Assembly (NCBI GenBank): GCA_003971905.1
Contig: RSEE01000156.1
Coordinates: forward strand, 1-64,000
Reading direction: 5' to 3'
Length of the DNA stretch: 64,000 nt
From: Moniliella sp. 'wahieum'
Taxonomy: Eukaryota
Positions 61,322-64,000 of this stretch are shown here, in pieces. The position numbers and the translations under genes are program-made. Numbering within the stretch: position 1 is the first letter of the stretch; the number at the start of each line of letters is the position of its first letter. Below the pieces are notes generated by a model, which ran no database searches, was not told the DNA's origin, and was given only the letters and a program-made list of their open reading frames with translations.

Positions 61322-64000
61322 TCAAATGTACACTAAATCTGCTAAAGTGCTAGTTGTTCGATAAAAGGCAGAGTGCATCGGATTACTTCTGCTCCTGGTT
61401 CTTGACAACCCGTTCCAGAGCCACCCACGCTGGGTTGGACCAATCGGGTTCCCCCCTTCGGCCAGCGAATACACCTCCCGCACCCCCTTCTCCAGCGCTT
61501 GCAGATCCACCTCCATCTGCGCCATCAGGTTAGTCAAATCATCGTCGGTCTCTTTTTCCGGCGGCGGGGCCGAACCAGAGAAGAGGGCAGCGGCAAAGCC
61601 CAATCCCAATGCATGGTTGGACTTTTTCAATCGACGAAGGGAAGCCTGCGTCTCCTTTACCCCGCTCAAGGCTTCGCTCAAAGAGGTGAAAATGCTCTCC
61701 CCCACCGCTGTAGGATTGCGCGTTTGAGGACCAAAGGCAGAGCAAGGGCATCCCCTTTGAATAGCTCCTTGAGCGGTAAAGTGAATTGGGGGATAAAAGA
61801 CGAGACTGTAGACGCCGAGTTTGCAGCAAGGGCGGCACGATATTGGGTGGCAATGTACCGAGGTTGCTTAAACGGGTCATGGGCTTTGTGCTTGATCACC
61901 GGCACGACCGCCAAGGTCACCAACTGCATGGGCACCGGCTTGCTTGTGCAAACGAGAACGTCGTCAGAAGGGTCGACCTAAGTGCCTGGGTCATCCCCAT
62001 TCCCTCCTCGGAGGAGCCTGCTACCCGCTCAATCGAGGGGGCAATCGCTTTGTCAAATAGTTCAATCACCTTGTCCCGGAGGAGAATCAGATCTGCTGCC
62101 AAACGCAAGCCCGGGCCAAGCGCATGTCCTGTTGCCCCTGCATAGCGAGCAGGCGGTCTTGCTGGGCAAGGGGATTGGGGTCCCCACTCGTGAAAGGGGA
62201 GTCGAGGATCGCTCCATGGGGACAGGGGTAGCCCGTCCAGAGCTTAATAGTTCTGCAGGGTCTGGCACGGACGTAGGAAGAAGGTCTTGAGCTTCAATCT
62301 TGTCTTCCAACCAGTGCGAAAAGCGAGATAGTAAATGCAAGGTCGATTTCCACTGGCGCGCGAGGAGATCATCAAGGCTCACTCGTGCATCCCAGATGGA
62401 AGAAAGAGCATCCCACATAGCCGCTGTCGATAGCAGAAGGAATCCCCCCCTTCCCCCTTCTTCCGAAGCAAGTGCAGGCTCCAACTGGGCCACGATGCTG
62501 CGCATGCGTAATTGCCAGTACACTGCCATGGGCCAGCGCCGGCTAAAGTGTATATAGGCTGGGTGAGCCCAGAGGGAAGTGGTCCACTCTTGTTGAGCCT
62601 TGGAAGGTAAGGGAGGACACAGGATGGACACCAGGCAAGATAAGAAGGCCTGGGTGAGGAGGTAGTTGCTGTGGAACGCATCAGGGTGTCCGACCAAGAA
62701 AAGTTGACTCACCCTCGCCTCCAGCAGAGGCAGAATGTATGGCCATACAACGTCGGTGAGCAAGTCTAGCTGTTCGGCACAGAGAGGGACAAAAGCCTTT
62801 AACTCAGTCTCGGCCACGCTCAGTATGGCGTTGTAGCAATTGGATAATGCTTGTTGCGACCCCTTGTCCCCAGTGGACGACATCAACTCGCCTAAAGAAC
62901 GCCCTTGAGCCTGCACTTGGGATAAACGGGGTTCAGGTCGGCTGGAGCGTTGACAAGGGCGAGGAGCTGGTTGACAGTTGAGGAGGAGGCGAGCGCTTCA
63001 GGTGAGAGGATCTAGGAATTGTCAGCGGTTCACATCATCAGAGTATGGAGGCCACATACAGGATCTAAGATCTGCTCCACCAAATGGAGGCCCAACAAGG
63101 CCTCCGCTCGCTGAGTAGCCTTCTCCCCCGAAGGAAGGGAGCGAGGATGTGGATGCGAAAGTATAGAAAGACAGCGAGTAAACCAGGCCCGCTGCTCCGA
63201 CAATGGGTCTTGCTCTGTGGGGAGGAAAGCCGCAAAAGGGCAAGATGCGAATCTTCTCTCCCTTTCAAGTGAGCAAAAAGCAAACTCCCTGCGCTTGGAT
63301 CCCGATCGAGAAGCTCTTTCAGCACTTTCTCTGTCGCATCGAAGAGATGGGTTTGACAGAGGGATGCTTGGTCCATAAGAGTGTAAATGAACGCATCCAC
63401 TAATGGACTGATTGAGGGCTCAATCCCGCTCTCACTGTCCACATTTTCTGAAGAAGCGGGCCTCTGCCGCTCCTGCTGGAATGAGTCCAACGTCCCCCAA
63501 AGCTGGGACAAGCGATTAGACACATCCTCTAAAACATCAGGATGGATGAGGTTTGGTACTGGGCGTCGCCACAGCCGGTGACTCTGAAACAGTGGTGATG
63601 CTCGAGACAGAGGACCAAAGCGGATCGTCATCTTCGTCATCAGAATAGAGATCGTCTCCTTGTAAAGTGTACACTGACGATTTTTGCAAGTTCGGCGCCT
63701 CTCCTCCACCACCGAAGAATGAAGCAGAGTTTTCAGCGCCCCAATCTCCGTGTCGAGAGCGAGCAGTTGGGCAATGTATGCATCAGTCCTCTGAGCCTGG
63801 GAACGTTCCGAAACGAGATGAGCCAGCTCTTGGTGGAGGGACTTGAGCTCAGAGTGGGTTGAATCGATAGCCAATCGCAGCCCTGTAACGCCCTCACTAG
63901 GGGACGGAGGGAAGGGGGCAACAGATGTGCTTTTCCGTCAGGGACTGGCTGATGGGCCAAACGTTCGATACGCGGAACCTCCTTGCGCACCTCGGAGGCC
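61322..64000 (-). CDS. COG2: Conserved oligomeric Golgi complex subunit 2 (5' end outside the window)
   Basis: LFLVGHPDAFHSNY..FL..HPAY..FSRRWPMAVYWQLR resembles the COG2 C-terminal domain; later E.SLRRLKK and QMEVDL. Frameshifted. Confidence 0.78.

Overview
Eukaryotic, GC-rich fungal DNA, probably a basidiomycete (short GT-AG introns with CTAAC/CTGAC branch points). Conserved genes are broken by many single-base frameshifts, which points to an unpolished long-read assembly rather than pseudogenes. Two gene-dense blocks flank an accessory island. The left block (1-21 kb) holds a small secreted Cys protein, RPB9, RLI1, an Ariadne RBR ligase, an OGT-like GT41 glycosyltransferase and an LRR-DH-PH RhoGEF. 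The right block (36.5-64 kb) holds RTC4, calmodulin, RPS14, PEX16, a C2H2 factor, YAK1, a PLP aminotransferase, GPI3/PIG-A, TRM732/THADA, prefoldin 5 and a partial COG2. The gene-poor island (about 22-36.4 kb) contains PAM18, an orphan secreted amphipathic protein and four pieces of a CRE/Cnl1-like non-LTR retrotransposon. Two of those pieces form a near-perfect 1.75-kb inverted repeat around an 827-bp spacer. The island also has a densely base-paired ORF-less segment, a 3x61-bp tandem repeat and many clusters of short palindromic micro-repeats. Other notable points are a PIG-A first exon that overlaps the last TRM732 exon and a structured RPS14 5'-UTR intron. All protein identifications come from motif recognition by eye, not database searches.
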